DNA of 64,000 nucleotides from an uncultured Candidatus Saccharibacteria bacterium. Its GTDB lineage: Bacteria > Patescibacteriota > Minisyncoccia > UBA6257 > JAGOQP01. A program made the translations under genes and the position numbers. Of this stretch, positions 9,501 through 17,243 are shown one piece after another. The DNA lies in NCBI GenBank assembly GCA_964420205.1, contig CAYQSO010000002.1:7765-71764 (forward strand), written 5' to 3'. Positions within the stretch are counted from its first letter, which is position 1, and every line of letters starts with the position of its first letter. Under the pieces are notes generated by a model. The model did no database searches and was not told where the DNA came from. It saw only the letters and a list, made by a program, of their open reading frames with translations.

Positions 9501-9928
9501 TTCCACCCACCAGTAGAGGATAATATATCTACGTTATCACCATCACTAAAATCATTAAATGACTTTATTCCTTGCTTTGTTATAAATTCTGTATCTGATT
9601 TAAAACAGTTAAAATTACTAGAGGCATATTTTTTAGAGCTCTCTGTTCCACCTACCCATAATGTTCTGCCGCTTAAAAATCCTTTAAGGTTAAATATCGT
9701 ATCAAATAATTGCTCTGCTTCTCTTATAGAAACTCCATGAACTAACGAACAATTATATTCTACTGCTCTCCTAACTGTCTCCCACCAATACTCTCTTCTA
9801 TTTTGTTCTGGTAAATATCTTGAATAAGTTCTATAATAAACAAACTCTCCCAATGAAGTCATCGGTGGATTCACATCTTTATATTTACTTATAAATTCTT
9901 CACTTAATAACATTAATTTATGCCTCAC
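6557..9928 (-). CDS. nrdJ: class II (B12-dependent) ribonucleotide reductase with two inteins; start more likely at 9913
   Basis: VYYRTYSR, SGRTLWVGG, NFNC, VGDSKEGW, VGGVRRTA, GEPG, NPC, FCNLVE, TTIKPSGT and C-terminal CENGVCPIR. Confidence 0.95.
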   Translation of the reverse strand: MRHKLMLLSEEFISKYKDVNPPMTSLGEFVYYRTYSRYLPEQNRREYWWETVRRAVEYNCSLVHGVSIREAEQLFDTIFNLKGFLSGRTLWVGGTESSKKYASSNFNCFKSDTEFITKQGIKSFNDFSDGDNVDILSSTGGWKTATIRNFGKSKLVKLIVGRGKREDIIYTTENHRWYVKRYKSEKKFIVKTTNELKNGDILREKRRYEQTNIVPCSVGIQHGMVFGDGTYNKKMNHCRVHLVDNKQELALYFTTGSQCTAGKYNQKVIYGLPNTWKNLPSLNSNVEYLMGFVMGLFATDGSYYKSNISISNSNKNTLDHIKSIFSILGIDCGKVELNRELSPYTGEYAPNYRLNLYSKHVPDDFFLNSKHKSSVKETSFEPSWVVKGVEETDIIEDVWCVVEPETESFTLANNILTKNCSFTKIDNTEDICELFYLLLLGCGVGFLDVIENISAFSNLNTSIRILSKEYSEKIDKEEFSTLQTTGNVATIVVGDSKEGWVGALRYLFKCLENPLLSTILVDFDNVRPEGAPLKTFGGYASGHVPLKILFEKIIGIVSRSNGSLKTIDILDICNLVGCAVQVGGVRRTALVCLFDKDDEDVRLAKQGIYYQNEDGAWVSDPNKTHRVSSNNSILFNKRPSKEELVEIFNSIKTTGEPGFINKQEAQRRLPTMEGLNPCCFTGDMKLLTSKGYKTFKELNEKQIDIINADGNISQGKVWFTGRKPCIRLKMSNNRIIKCTEDHIFMLEDGSNCKAKDLKGKCLIFQSYCKKNDSIRDYNTVTIEDISHIGEHDVFDFEEPLSHWGIVNGFMVHNCEILLPSKGFCNLVEINVKSFVKDGELNEEILNAVRTFTRASYRMACVNIELPEWKKVQEEHMLLGVALSGWQDAVNLLYDKSEENQVSILKLLRETARTEATKIANSLGRNTPKLVTTIKPSGTLSLLPTISPGVHHSHSPYYIRRVRINSGDPLLKVAEELGYNISPEVGQDPETCDTNVIDFYVKSPEGKNKYDISAIEQLETYKMFMRNYTDHNTSITVTVRDNEWAGVIDWVYENWDDFVGISFLPLYDAKYPLAPYEAITEEEYNKLNKQFGKITPELIAKYEKQYNLDDDLGSDCENGVCPIR
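7490..7894 (-). mobile_element. intein 2 in NrdJ (135 aa mini-intein)
   Basis: NPC|CFTGDMKLLT...CTEDHIF...GFMVHN|CEILL; no endonuclease domain. Confidence 0.9.
8672..9607 (-). mobile_element. intein 1 in NrdJ (312 aa, LAGLIDADG homing endonuclease)
   Basis: SNFN|CFKSDTEF...ILTKN|CSF; TENHRW block B; GMVFGDG and GLFATDG endonuclease motifs. Confidence 0.9.
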
Positions 9929-9947
9929 TTAACTAATAAACTCAATT

Positions 9948-9974
9948 AAAAAATTGCTGTACCTTGAACAGCAA
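9948..9974 (-). terminator. terminator-like hairpin in the nrdJ leader
   Basis: TTGCTGT-7 nt loop-ACAGCAA followed by TTTTTT on the minus strand. Confidence 0.55.
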
Positions 9975-10061
9975 CGAAACCCATTTTAATACACAATTAT
10001 CTTAAGAATCTTCGCTTATTTTCTCTTCTAGACTCCCCATAAAAATTCTTACTAACTATAT

Positions 10062-10397
10062 TTAGCCGTACCATCTACCTAACATTTGTGCTAATGCTAC
10101 CCTACTATTTAACTCTATTTCAATATCTCTCAAAATACACTCTATCTCATAAATAGCATTAAATATACTAACATTATCTATTTTAGATTCTATTCGTTTA
10201 ATATCATCTTTATAAAATAGTATACGAAATAATACAGACCCGTCAAAATCATAATAAATTAAATCAAAATACTTATCTTTTCTATTAAAAGATAACTTTA
10301 CCTCCCTCTTGCCCAACTTAGTATCAAAAATATTCTTCCCATTTAGCATCTTCGCTATTTTTTCTATTCTTTTAAAAGTTTCTTTATAATTACACAT
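10062..10397 (-). CDS. hypothetical protein
   Basis: 111 aa ORF in a closely packed minus-strand run. Confidence 0.55.
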   Translation of the reverse strand: MCNYKETFKRIEKIAKMLNGKNIFDTKLGKREVKLSFNRKDKYFDLIYYDFDGSVLFRILFYKDDIKRIESKIDNVSIFNAIYEIECILRDIEIELNSRVALAQMLGRWYG

Positions 10398-10413
10398 TTT
10401 TATCTACTTCTTT

Positions 10414-10725
10414 CTACTTATATTTATATTTATCATCATATTCAGGGGGTTCATATCCTAAATCTTTTAAGTCTCCTAAATACATCCCCTTATACTTTTT
10501 TTCTACCTCTGGTTCTACATAATAAGAATACATCTTACATTTAGTTTTATAAAACTCGCTACCTTTAATTAGTACATTGTGTGTTTCCAATTCCTGTAAT
10601 AGAGGGCAATATGGAATACCACTTTCGTCCCTATCTTTAGTATTATTTACACATGTACTACACTTATCTAACGGAGATATTGAAAGCTCATACTTCTTAG
10701 TACTTTTATTATATACAACTTTCAT
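10414..10725 (-). CDS. hypothetical Cys-containing protein
   Basis: 103 aa ORF; CSTC...CP...C pattern; its start overlaps the upstream stop. Confidence 0.55.
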   Translation of the reverse strand: MKVVYNKSTKKYELSISPLDKCSTCVNNTKDRDESGIPYCPLLQELETHNVLIKGSEFYKTKCKMYSYYVEPEVEKKYKGMYLGDLKDLGYEPPEYDDKYKYK

Positions 10726-10967
10726 TACAAAATTTCATCCACTAAATCATCTAACTTTGTTAATTTTTCTCTAGTTTTATTTCCAATTTTACTATTTTTT
10801 AAGAGACCTGTCAATATCCTCTTCATTTCTTGTAATATTTCATTATTTGTCTCTACAAAAATATTGGGTCTTTTTACTAAATACTTATGCAATACTGTTT
10901 TTTCTAAACAGAATTTTCTTTTTCCACCCCTAGATAAATAATAATTACAATTTTCATATGTAAGCAT
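10725..10967 (-). CDS. hypothetical protein
   Basis: 80 aa ORF coupled to the next gene. Confidence 0.5.
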   Translation of the reverse strand: MLTYENCNYYLSRGGKRKFCLEKTVLHKYLVKRPNIFVETNNEILQEMKRILTGLLKNSKIGNKTREKLTKLDDLVDEIL

Positions 10968-11052
10968 ATATCTATCACAAAGATATATTCTATCTATTTC
11001 ATTTTCTTTAAGTTCTTTTAAAAGCTTATATGTAAGAATACAACACCTATTA

Positions 11053-11481
11053 TTAAACTAAACTACTAACTAAAAAGACCAAACTTGAAATTATTATACA
11101 AATATACACTACACATCTTAAAAATGTGAAGTATTTTTCAAAATTCTTATCCATATATTTCTTATATTGTTGTTTAGATTTTTTTAACCAGTACCCATCT
11201 ACACAAGTAAGAATTACTCCGGGAGCAACAAACATATAAGTACTAGAATCAAACAAATGTGTAGATACTGCTGAAGCTTTTCTCGGTTTATCCATACTTT
11301 GTAAAAAGAATAAATATATCCCCAAAGGGCAAAGTAAAAACAGTATTCGTAAAAATAGATCAATACTTTTGAAAATAACCTCTAATAAAAAGATAAAAAA
11401 TACTTTAGTATAATCTGCGCCAAGTCTGTTAGCTTTCGCAGATATTTTTTCTATTGCTTTTAATTTTAGTTTTTTTAGCAT
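11053..11481 (-). CDS. hypothetical membrane protein
   Basis: 142 aa with several hydrophobic segments. Confidence 0.55.
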   Translation of the reverse strand: MLKKLKLKAIEKISAKANRLGADYTKVFFIFLLEVIFKSIDLFLRILFLLCPLGIYLFFLQSMDKPRKASAVSTHLFDSSTYMFVAPGVILTCVDGYWLKKSKQQYKKYMDKNFEKYFTFLRCVVYICIIISSLVFLVSSLV

Positions 11482-11483
11482 AT

Positions 11484-11957
11484 TTACTTACCAGTACTTC
11501 CCCAACCACCGTCACTTCTAATTGTTTCAGAAATCTCATCCACCTCTCTTATTCCCGCTCTACAATATTGCACAATAACCATCTGTGCTATTCTCTCATT
11601 AGGTTGAATAGTATAAGGTTCTTTAGATAGATTAATTAACGGAACACCCACAATACCACGAAAATCTGAATCCAATGTTCCTATACAATTGACAAGTGTT
11701 ATTCCGTGTTTTATTGATAGCCCTGAGCGAGGTCTTATCTGAGCTTCAGTCCCTTCCGGTAATTCTACTATTAATCCTGTGGGGATAATTCTTCTTTCAA
11801 ACGGTTGCAGTGTTATAGGTTCTTTTATACAAGCACTCAAATCCATTCCCGAAGAACCTATTGTTTTATACTCAGGTATTATTGCATTTGGGTCTGCTTT
11901 TTTAATATTAACTTCTGTAATTTTATTTGAACAATTACACATCATCTCTTTTTCCAC
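11484..11957 (-). CDS. dut: trimeric dUTPase
   Basis: All five motifs present: SSGMDL, RPRSGL, GTLDSDFRG, RIAQMV, RSDGGWGSTG. Confidence 0.95.
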   Translation of the reverse strand: MEKEMMCNCSNKITEVNIKKADPNAIIPEYKTIGSSGMDLSACIKEPITLQPFERRIIPTGLIVELPEGTEAQIRPRSGLSIKHGITLVNCIGTLDSDFRGIVGVPLINLSKEPYTIQPNERIAQMVIVQYCRAGIREVDEISETIRSDGGWGSTGK

Positions 11958-11977
11958 CTCTCAATATAAATTATAAT

Positions 11978-12382
11978 TTAACTTTTTTCGAACTTCTCTT
12001 TCAATTCAAGGTACTTTTTATAATCTTCTTCATCTTTCTTTTGGTTAACAATCTTATGTCTATCCAAGCGTTCTTTCTGTTTCTTTTTATAAGATTCTTT
12101 TATTTCTTCTATATAAGACTGTAAAGCATTTTCATCCCAAATAAATTCTTCTTTGAATTTTTTATAAGTATTATCACCACACTCTACAAAAACCTCTCGA
12201 TTACTTATCTCGTACTCCGACTCTTCTACTAAGAAAGCCTCCATGTCATAAGCGTAATCCCAGTCATCAAAAATACTGTATACCACATCAAGTTCTATTA
12301 GAGTATTCCCGATGTCACAAATTCGCTGTTTTATTTTATTTTCCTGTTTTCTAAACTCATAGTATTCTTCTTTTGTAATCAT
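11978..12382 (-). CDS. hypothetical protein
   Basis: 134 aa acidic ORF. Confidence 0.55.
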   Translation of the reverse strand: MITKEEYYEFRKQENKIKQRICDIGNTLIELDVVYSIFDDWDYAYDMEAFLVEESEYEISNREVFVECGDNTYKKFKEEFIWDENALQSYIEEIKESYKKKQKERLDRHKIVNQKKDEEDYKKYLELKEKFEKS

Positions 12383-12591
12383 CTACTCTGGTACCCCATC
12401 ATCTTAGACAAACAACTTAAACAAATTTTATCGTGGTACGCTGAACATGTCATATTTACCTTCTTCTTACCACATACACCACATTTTTCACCAAATAAAA
12501 AATCTTTTACAGGCTCTAAAAACTTATGTATTCTATACGTCCAATGAAAACGTACTTTACACGGATAAATTGTATAATCTTCTCGTTTCAT
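12379..12591 (-). CDS. hypothetical zinc-finger protein; its start lies inside the predicted TnpB1 guide
   Basis: CGVC...CLSC; ATG at 12591 is 7 nt past the element's CAG end. Confidence 0.55.
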   Translation of the reverse strand: MKREDYTIYPCKVRFHWTYRIHKFLEPVKDFLFGEKCGVCGKKKVNMTCSAYHDKICLSCLSKMMGYQSR

Positions 12592-12787
12592 TATCTTCTG
12601 CTCCGTAATTTGTATTCAAACATAATCATTCTAAAACAATTACATTTGAAGTTACTAATTCGCTTTTTCTTGCTTCATTGTACTCTCTTTTGTTGTTGCT
12701 TGCAACAACTACTTGAGTTTGTTTTAACACTCCACAAGCTTTACTAACTCTAACAGAATTAAAGTTAGTTCCCGACAAGCCATCGGT
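12578..12787 (-). ncRNA. predicted omegaRNA of TnpB1 (scaffold plus guide AAGATAATGAAACGAGAAGA)
   Basis: ACCGATGGCTTGTCGGGAA...GCTTGTGGAGTGTTAAAACAAACTCAAGTAG...GAAGCAAGAAAAAGCGAATTAGTAACTTCAA...GGAGCAG is conserved with copy 2; identity ends after GCAG. Confidence 0.75.
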
Positions 12788-13960
12788 ACATGTATTCCTT
12801 ACTTCATTAAGTAGGATATAATCTTTACAGTTCTTGAGATTAACTGCTGCATTGTAGTCTCTTTGGTGCTCTGCACCACAATTACTACATTTCCAGTTTC
12901 TATCTTTTAATTTTAGTTCTTTATTCTTCTCTCCACAGCTACTACATAACTTACTACTTGGAAAGAATTTATTTACTTCTCTTACTTCTATATTATGTTT
13001 TGTACACTTCTGTACAAGAACTTGTTTAAAATAGTAAGGTTTATTTTGAAGAATAGTTTTAGAAAGATGTTTGTTCCTAACCATTCCTTTAATATTTAAG
13101 TTTTCAACTGTAACATATCTAGGTTTCCCCTTAACTATGTTATCTATACATTTATTAGTATAAGAGTTTCTTATTTGTTCTAACCTGTAGTACACTTTTT
13201 CTACTCTTAGTTTATTTTTAATATAATTGTTACTTACTTTATCTCTCTTTTCTTTCTTCTTAGCTTCGTACTTTCTACTTAAAGCTCTCTGTTCTCTTCT
13301 TAATTTCTTTTCTAACTTTTTAACTCTAGTAGTTTTATTAATGTTTTTGTATTCTTCTTTGTTAGAACATGTTAAGAAAGTACTTATTCCCCAATCAATA
13401 CCAATACCTTCATTACAATTCTTATTATCTTTACTACTCTCTTCATCTGTTATAACAGAGATGAAATATCTATTAGATCTCTTAGTTATTACTCCACTTA
13501 TTATTTTATTGTTTCCTGTAGGGAGGTATCCTTTCTCTTTCAGAGAAACCTCTCCGAACATAGGAATTTTAATTTTATGCCTAGAACATCTTATAGGTCT
13601 GTTTGCCTCTACTCTAACAAAATAAACTCCTGTCTTGTCTTTAGAAGCTTTTTTAAATTTAGGAAATCCTTTCTTTGATTTAAATGCTTTTTGGTAAGTT
13701 GAATTACAATTATCTATAGTCTTTCTAAGAGCTTTACTCCCTGCTTCTTTCAACCAATGTTTATCTTCGTTCTCTTTTAAATAAACATTATTAAACCATT
13801 TAGAGAACTCGTAGTTATTAAGATATTTTTCTCCTGCGGAGTAACGTTCTTTATTAACAGAAATAAAAAGATTCCAGACAAATCTACATGCAGAAATTGT
13901 AAGCTTGTAAAGCTTCTCCTGTTCTTTATTTAGTTTTACTTCTGTCTTGTAAGCTTTCAT
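12626..13960 (-). CDS. tnpB: RNA-guided endonuclease TnpB (IS607 type); start likely 13960 (MKAYKTE)
   Basis: GIGIDWG (RuvC I), TVENLN (RuvC II), CSSC...CSNC zinc finger, RDYNAAVN (RuvC III). Alignment with copy 2 begins at MKAY. Confidence 0.92.
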   Translation of the reverse strand: MKAYKTEVKLNKEQEKLYKLTISACRFVWNLFISVNKERYSAGEKYLNNYEFSKWFNNVYLKENEDKHWLKEAGSKALRKTIDNCNSTYQKAFKSKKGFPKFKKASKDKTGVYFVRVEANRPIRCSRHKIKIPMFGEVSLKEKGYLPTGNNKIISGVITKRSNRYFISVITDEESSKDNKNCNEGIGIDWGISTFLTCSNKEEYKNINKTTRVKKLEKKLRREQRALSRKYEAKKKEKRDKVSNNYIKNKLRVEKVYYRLEQIRNSYTNKCIDNIVKGKPRYVTVENLNIKGMVRNKHLSKTILQNKPYYFKQVLVQKCTKHNIEVREVNKFFPSSKLCSSCGEKNKELKLKDRNWKCSNCGAEHQRDYNAAVNLKNCKDYILLNEVRNTCTDGLSGTNFNSVRVSKACGVLKQTQVVVASNNKREYNEARKSELVTSNVIVLE

Positions 13961-13993
13961 TGATAAAAAGAAAAGTTCTAAGAAATTATTTTG

Positions 13994-14057
13994 TAAGCAG
14001 ATACAATTCTTCCTAGAACTAAAATTAATATAAATCTTATTTAATTGTATCTGCTTA
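13994..14057. repeat. 15 bp perfect inverted repeat in the tnpB1 leader
   Basis: TAAGCAGATACAATT (13994-14008) and AATTGTATCTGCTTA (14043-14057). Confidence 0.85.
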
Positions 14058-14175
14058 ATATTATAATTTAACTTAAAATTTTTCATTTAGATTTCCCTGT
14101 AAAGGTATTAAAAATGAATATGTTTTACATATATTTGATTATGTTATGGGAGACTGTTCATTATCTTCTCTCCTC

Positions 14176-15069
14176 TTAATTAAATACAGTACTTGTTTCA
14201 CGATGTTTTTCTCTTATATTTCCTATGCAAATGGAGGGTGCTTTTAATTCTATTAAAGTTTTATGGAGAGATATATCTCCCTCCCCTCTCCTTTGTAGTT
14301 TAGCTAAAACATCGGCTACTTTTATAAAAGTAATATTTTCTTTTATTACTTTAGAATCAAAAGCACCATCTATAAAAATTTCCTCATCCTGTTTACACGG
14401 AACTTTTAATTTTACCATTTCACCAGTTTCTGTATCGAACTGTAAATAAAATATTTGTCTATCTCTATTGTAAGTATTTTTATCATGTCTTGTAAAAGAC
14501 CCTATTCTATATAAGATACTATTTCCCACAAAAAGATCATCATACGGCGAATGATCATGATTAAGACACACATACTTATAATTAAGTTTTTTAATATCTT
14601 CTGCTGTTAAAGACTCTTCAAGGCACAAATCCATCTCGTAATAATTGTGTCCTAAAAGTACACCCTCATTCTTCTCATCTACTGGTATTTTACTAATATT
14701 CTTTTCACATAGAGAGACCCCAAACAAAACATTATCTAAATAAAAAAAGTTAGTCTTTACGTCTATTACACCTGTTAACATCAAAGAGCCTAATGTAGTT
14801 TTTTCTAAATTATAATTTCTTAACATTACATCGTGGTTTCCGGGAATTACAATAAACTTCCCTTTGTGCCGTTTAAAGAACTTATAGACTATATTAAAGA
14901 AAAAAGTACTATTTGCAAAACTATGAAATAAATCTCCTGGGATAATACAAACATCATTATTATTTGCAACGTATTCTAGTTTATCTAAAGTACTTTGGAG
15001 AAAATTATCTTTTCTTATACGAGGATTCCTCTCTTGTAAATGTATATCATTTATTATTGCTATTTTCAT
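14176..15069 (-). CDS. Mre11/SbcD/gp47-like metallophosphoesterase nuclease
   Basis: NDIH, PGDLF, PGNHD, NHDH motifs; located near Rad50-like genes. Confidence 0.85.
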   Translation of the reverse strand: MKIAIINDIHLQERNPRIRKDNFLQSTLDKLEYVANNNDVCIIPGDLFHSFANSTFFFNIVYKFFKRHKGKFIVIPGNHDVMLRNYNLEKTTLGSLMLTGVIDVKTNFFYLDNVLFGVSLCEKNISKIPVDEKNEGVLLGHNYYEMDLCLEESLTAEDIKKLNYKYVCLNHDHSPYDDLFVGNSILYRIGSFTRHDKNTYNRDRQIFYLQFDTETGEMVKLKVPCKQDEEIFIDGAFDSKVIKENITFIKVADVLAKLQRRGEGDISLHKTLIELKAPSICIGNIREKHRETSTVFN

Positions 15070-15078
15070 TATTAATTC

Positions 15079-15666
15079 CTATATTACTTTTAATTGACAG
15101 AACTCTGGTTTGTGTCCTTTTTGCCAAACACAATGACAATAAGCTATCGAATCTGTCTTATTTGGTTCCCCTGGAATAAACCCCATTCTTTTATGATGTA
15201 CAAAGCAGTATTTAGGCATGTTCTCTTGCCAAAAACTAAAACGATCTTTAGACTCAAAGAAATTTAACCTAAGTAGCATTATAACGTATCCACCTTCTAC
15301 TGTGTCTAATAATGCTTTCTTAATTATATCTATTGCATTGTAAAACGGAGGATTTGTTATAATTAAATCCCATTCTATTTTTGAAGATACTTCCATAGTT
15401 AAATAATTACCTTTTAAGTCAGCCTTACTATCCTCTCTTATATCTACTGTCATTACAAAGTTATCAGTAAATTTACTAAGAGCATTAGGGTAACTCATTT
15501 TATATTTATCTGCACCTCCCGCACAAGGGTCTAATATATTTAAAGCATTTTCAAATATGTTGCCTTCTACTTTTATAAACTCCCCTAGAAATTTTTCTAT
15601 TTCATGTATTGGAGTTACGTAAAAATCTGCTTTATGACGTTCATAACCTCTATTAGTACTTGACAT
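15079..15666 (-). CDS. DNA amino-methyltransferase (probably m6A)
   Basis: ILDPCAG (motif I) and IITNPPF (motif IV). Confidence 0.8.
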   Translation of the reverse strand: MSSTNRGYERHKADFYVTPIHEIEKFLGEFIKVEGNIFENALNILDPCAGGADKYKMSYPNALSKFTDNFVMTVDIREDSKADLKGNYLTMEVSSKIEWDLIITNPPFYNAIDIIKKALLDTVEGGYVIMLLRLNFFESKDRFSFWQENMPKYCFVHHKRMGFIPGEPNKTDSIAYCHCVWQKGHKPEFCQLKVI

Positions 15667-15965
15667 TACACAGCCTCACAACTTTCTATTATGTCTTCTA
15701 ACATGCTTGCTATTTTATTTAAATAAGTTCTATCTTTTTCACTTTTAAATATCTCTCTAACGTGTAAAGTAACCCCTTCAACATAGCTTCTCTGACTTAG
15801 TTGGTAACAACCATCTATTTCATCTAATAAAACTACATCTATTAGTTGTAATAATCCACCTAACATTTGTTCTTCTACCGGATATAAACTAGAAGACTCA
15901 TCTATAAGCAAAGCACATATATACGACTTCAAGTCCATTAATTTTTGTGTTAATTTACTATTCAT
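15666..15965 (-). CDS. hypothetical protein
   Basis: 99 aa ORF coupled to its neighbours. Confidence 0.55.
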   Translation of the reverse strand: MNSKLTQKLMDLKSYICALLIDESSSLYPVEEQMLGGLLQLIDVVLLDEIDGCYQLSQRSYVEGVTLHVREIFKSEKDRTYLNKIASMLEDIIESCEAV

Positions 15966-16596
15966 TTGTTTTTTCTAAGATAGATACATTCCCATTTGCT
16001 ACCAATAAAGTTTCATCTGCGTGGTCCATATGCCTCGGATCATGTGTCACAAGGGCTAAAATTACTTCTTTTGAATCTGATAATTGTTTCAAAAACTCAA
16101 AATACCTCGGTGCATACGCTGCTGAAATCCCTGCTAATTTTTCATCTAAAAATAAAACTTTGCTCCCTAAATTTAAAATATAGTATAATTTAAGGATATT
16201 TCCTATTACTATAGCAGGTCCCTGTCCATCGTCTTCTAGCGGATCTAATCCATAAATATCTTTATCTAGATCATCTAAAGATAAATCAAGAGTCTTATTT
16301 CCTCTCTTGTCCTCTAAAATAAGATTTACTTCTAAATTACAATCATAAAAAGTATACTTTAAAGCAGTATTTATAGTATTTTTTAAAGCACCTATAGACT
16401 TATCATAAATCACATCTACTGCCTGTGAGTAAAACTTTTTACTATCTCTACTTACACTTAACTTTTTATTCAGTTCTTCTATATTCTTACTTACTTCTTC
16501 TATATTAAATTCTATACTATTTTTCATCTTTTGTATAGTATCTAATTCATTTAAACAAAAAGAAAGAGAATTTATTGTACTATCTTCTGTTAACAT
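15958..16596 (-). CDS. Rad50/SbcC/gp46-like ATPase, C-terminal half
   Basis: Coiled coil followed by DGQG signature, LFLDE Walker B and VTHD H-loop. Confidence 0.8.
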   Translation of the reverse strand: MLTEDSTINSLSFCLNELDTIQKMKNSIEFNIEEVSKNIEELNKKLSVSRDSKKFYSQAVDVIYDKSIGALKNTINTALKYTFYDCNLEVNLILEDKRGNKTLDLSLDDLDKDIYGLDPLEDDGQGPAIVIGNILKLYYILNLGSKVLFLDEKLAGISAAYAPRYFEFLKQLSDSKEVILALVTHDPRHMDHADETLLVANGNVSILEKTNE

Positions 16597-16884
16597 CTAA
16601 CGTACTAGCCCTTCATCTAACTTTTGTTTTAAAGCACTATAATCTGCAATTACTTGCTCTGCTTCTTTTCTTTCTTCTGTAATAAGGTTACTTAGTTCTA
16701 CTTCCTTTTCTCTGAGTTTCGGAATATCCTGTAAAGAAGAAAATCCAAAAGATTTCATTATTTCTACCCCACGCTTCTTCTTCTCATTTGCCCTATCTAT
16801 TAAAATATTCTTTTCCTGAGCGCACTTATTTCTCTCTTCAATAAGTTTTTTATGTTCTTGTAAATCTTTTTCTGTTAACATCAC
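16597..16884 (-). CDS. coiled-coil hypothetical protein
   Basis: 95 aa, helical and charged. Confidence 0.55.
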   Translation of the reverse strand: MMLTEKDLQEHKKLIEERNKCAQEKNILIDRANEKKKRGVEIMKSFGFSSLQDIPKLREKEVELSNLITEERKEAEQVIADYSALKQKLDEGLVR

Positions 16885-17243
16885 TATTCATCCTCTTTAT
16901 CATCTACTTGCGTACGTATAAATAATTCATTAAAAATTTCTTGTATAAGATCATCCGGTAGTTTTAAAATTTCTCTAATTACACTGTCAACATTGGTCAT
17001 TCCCACATATTCCATATCATCGGTACTATCATAAAACCCTGCCCAATCACAGTAGTCACAACCTTCCCCAAAACATTCATCACACTTTTCTACGGCTTCT
17101 CTGAAATCTCCCCTAGGGTCAAGCTGCCCTTCTGTTCCAAATCTATCATTACTTTTTAAATTATTTAAAGCATCTTGAAGCAAATTACAAAGACCACTTG
17201 ACGAACCATTTTCCAGTATATTTTTGAAAAAATCTTTACTCAC
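16884..17243 (-). CDS. hypothetical protein with CxxCxGxG zinc motif
   Basis: FGTEGQLDPRGDFR...CDECFGEGCDYCDWAG. Confidence 0.6.
   Translation of the reverse strand: MSKDFFKNILENGSSSGLCNLLQDALNNLKSNDRFGTEGQLDPRGDFREAVEKCDECFGEGCDYCDWAGFYDSTDDMEYVGMTNVDSVIREILKLPDDLIQEIFNELFIRTQVDDKEDE

Larger units (their letters stand above)
12598..14169 (-). mobile_element. non-autonomous IS607-type tnpB element, copy 1
   Basis: tnpB plus a 3' scaffold shared with copy 2, ending GGAGCAG; no tnpA. Left boundary is approximate. Confidence 0.75.

Noticed and set aside
12650-12660. TTCAA as an IS200/IS605 right end
   Set aside because: Pairing and the shared GGAGCAG continue beyond it in both copies, which fits an IS607-type end.
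12626-13960. Nuclease-dead TldR or a Cas12 CRISPR system
   Set aside because: All three RuvC acidic residues are intact in both copies, and no repeat-spacer array or cas genes are visible.
13961-14086. 42 aa N-terminal extension of TnpB1 in the ORF track
   Set aside because: It has no counterpart in copy 2 and overlaps the inverted-repeat leader.
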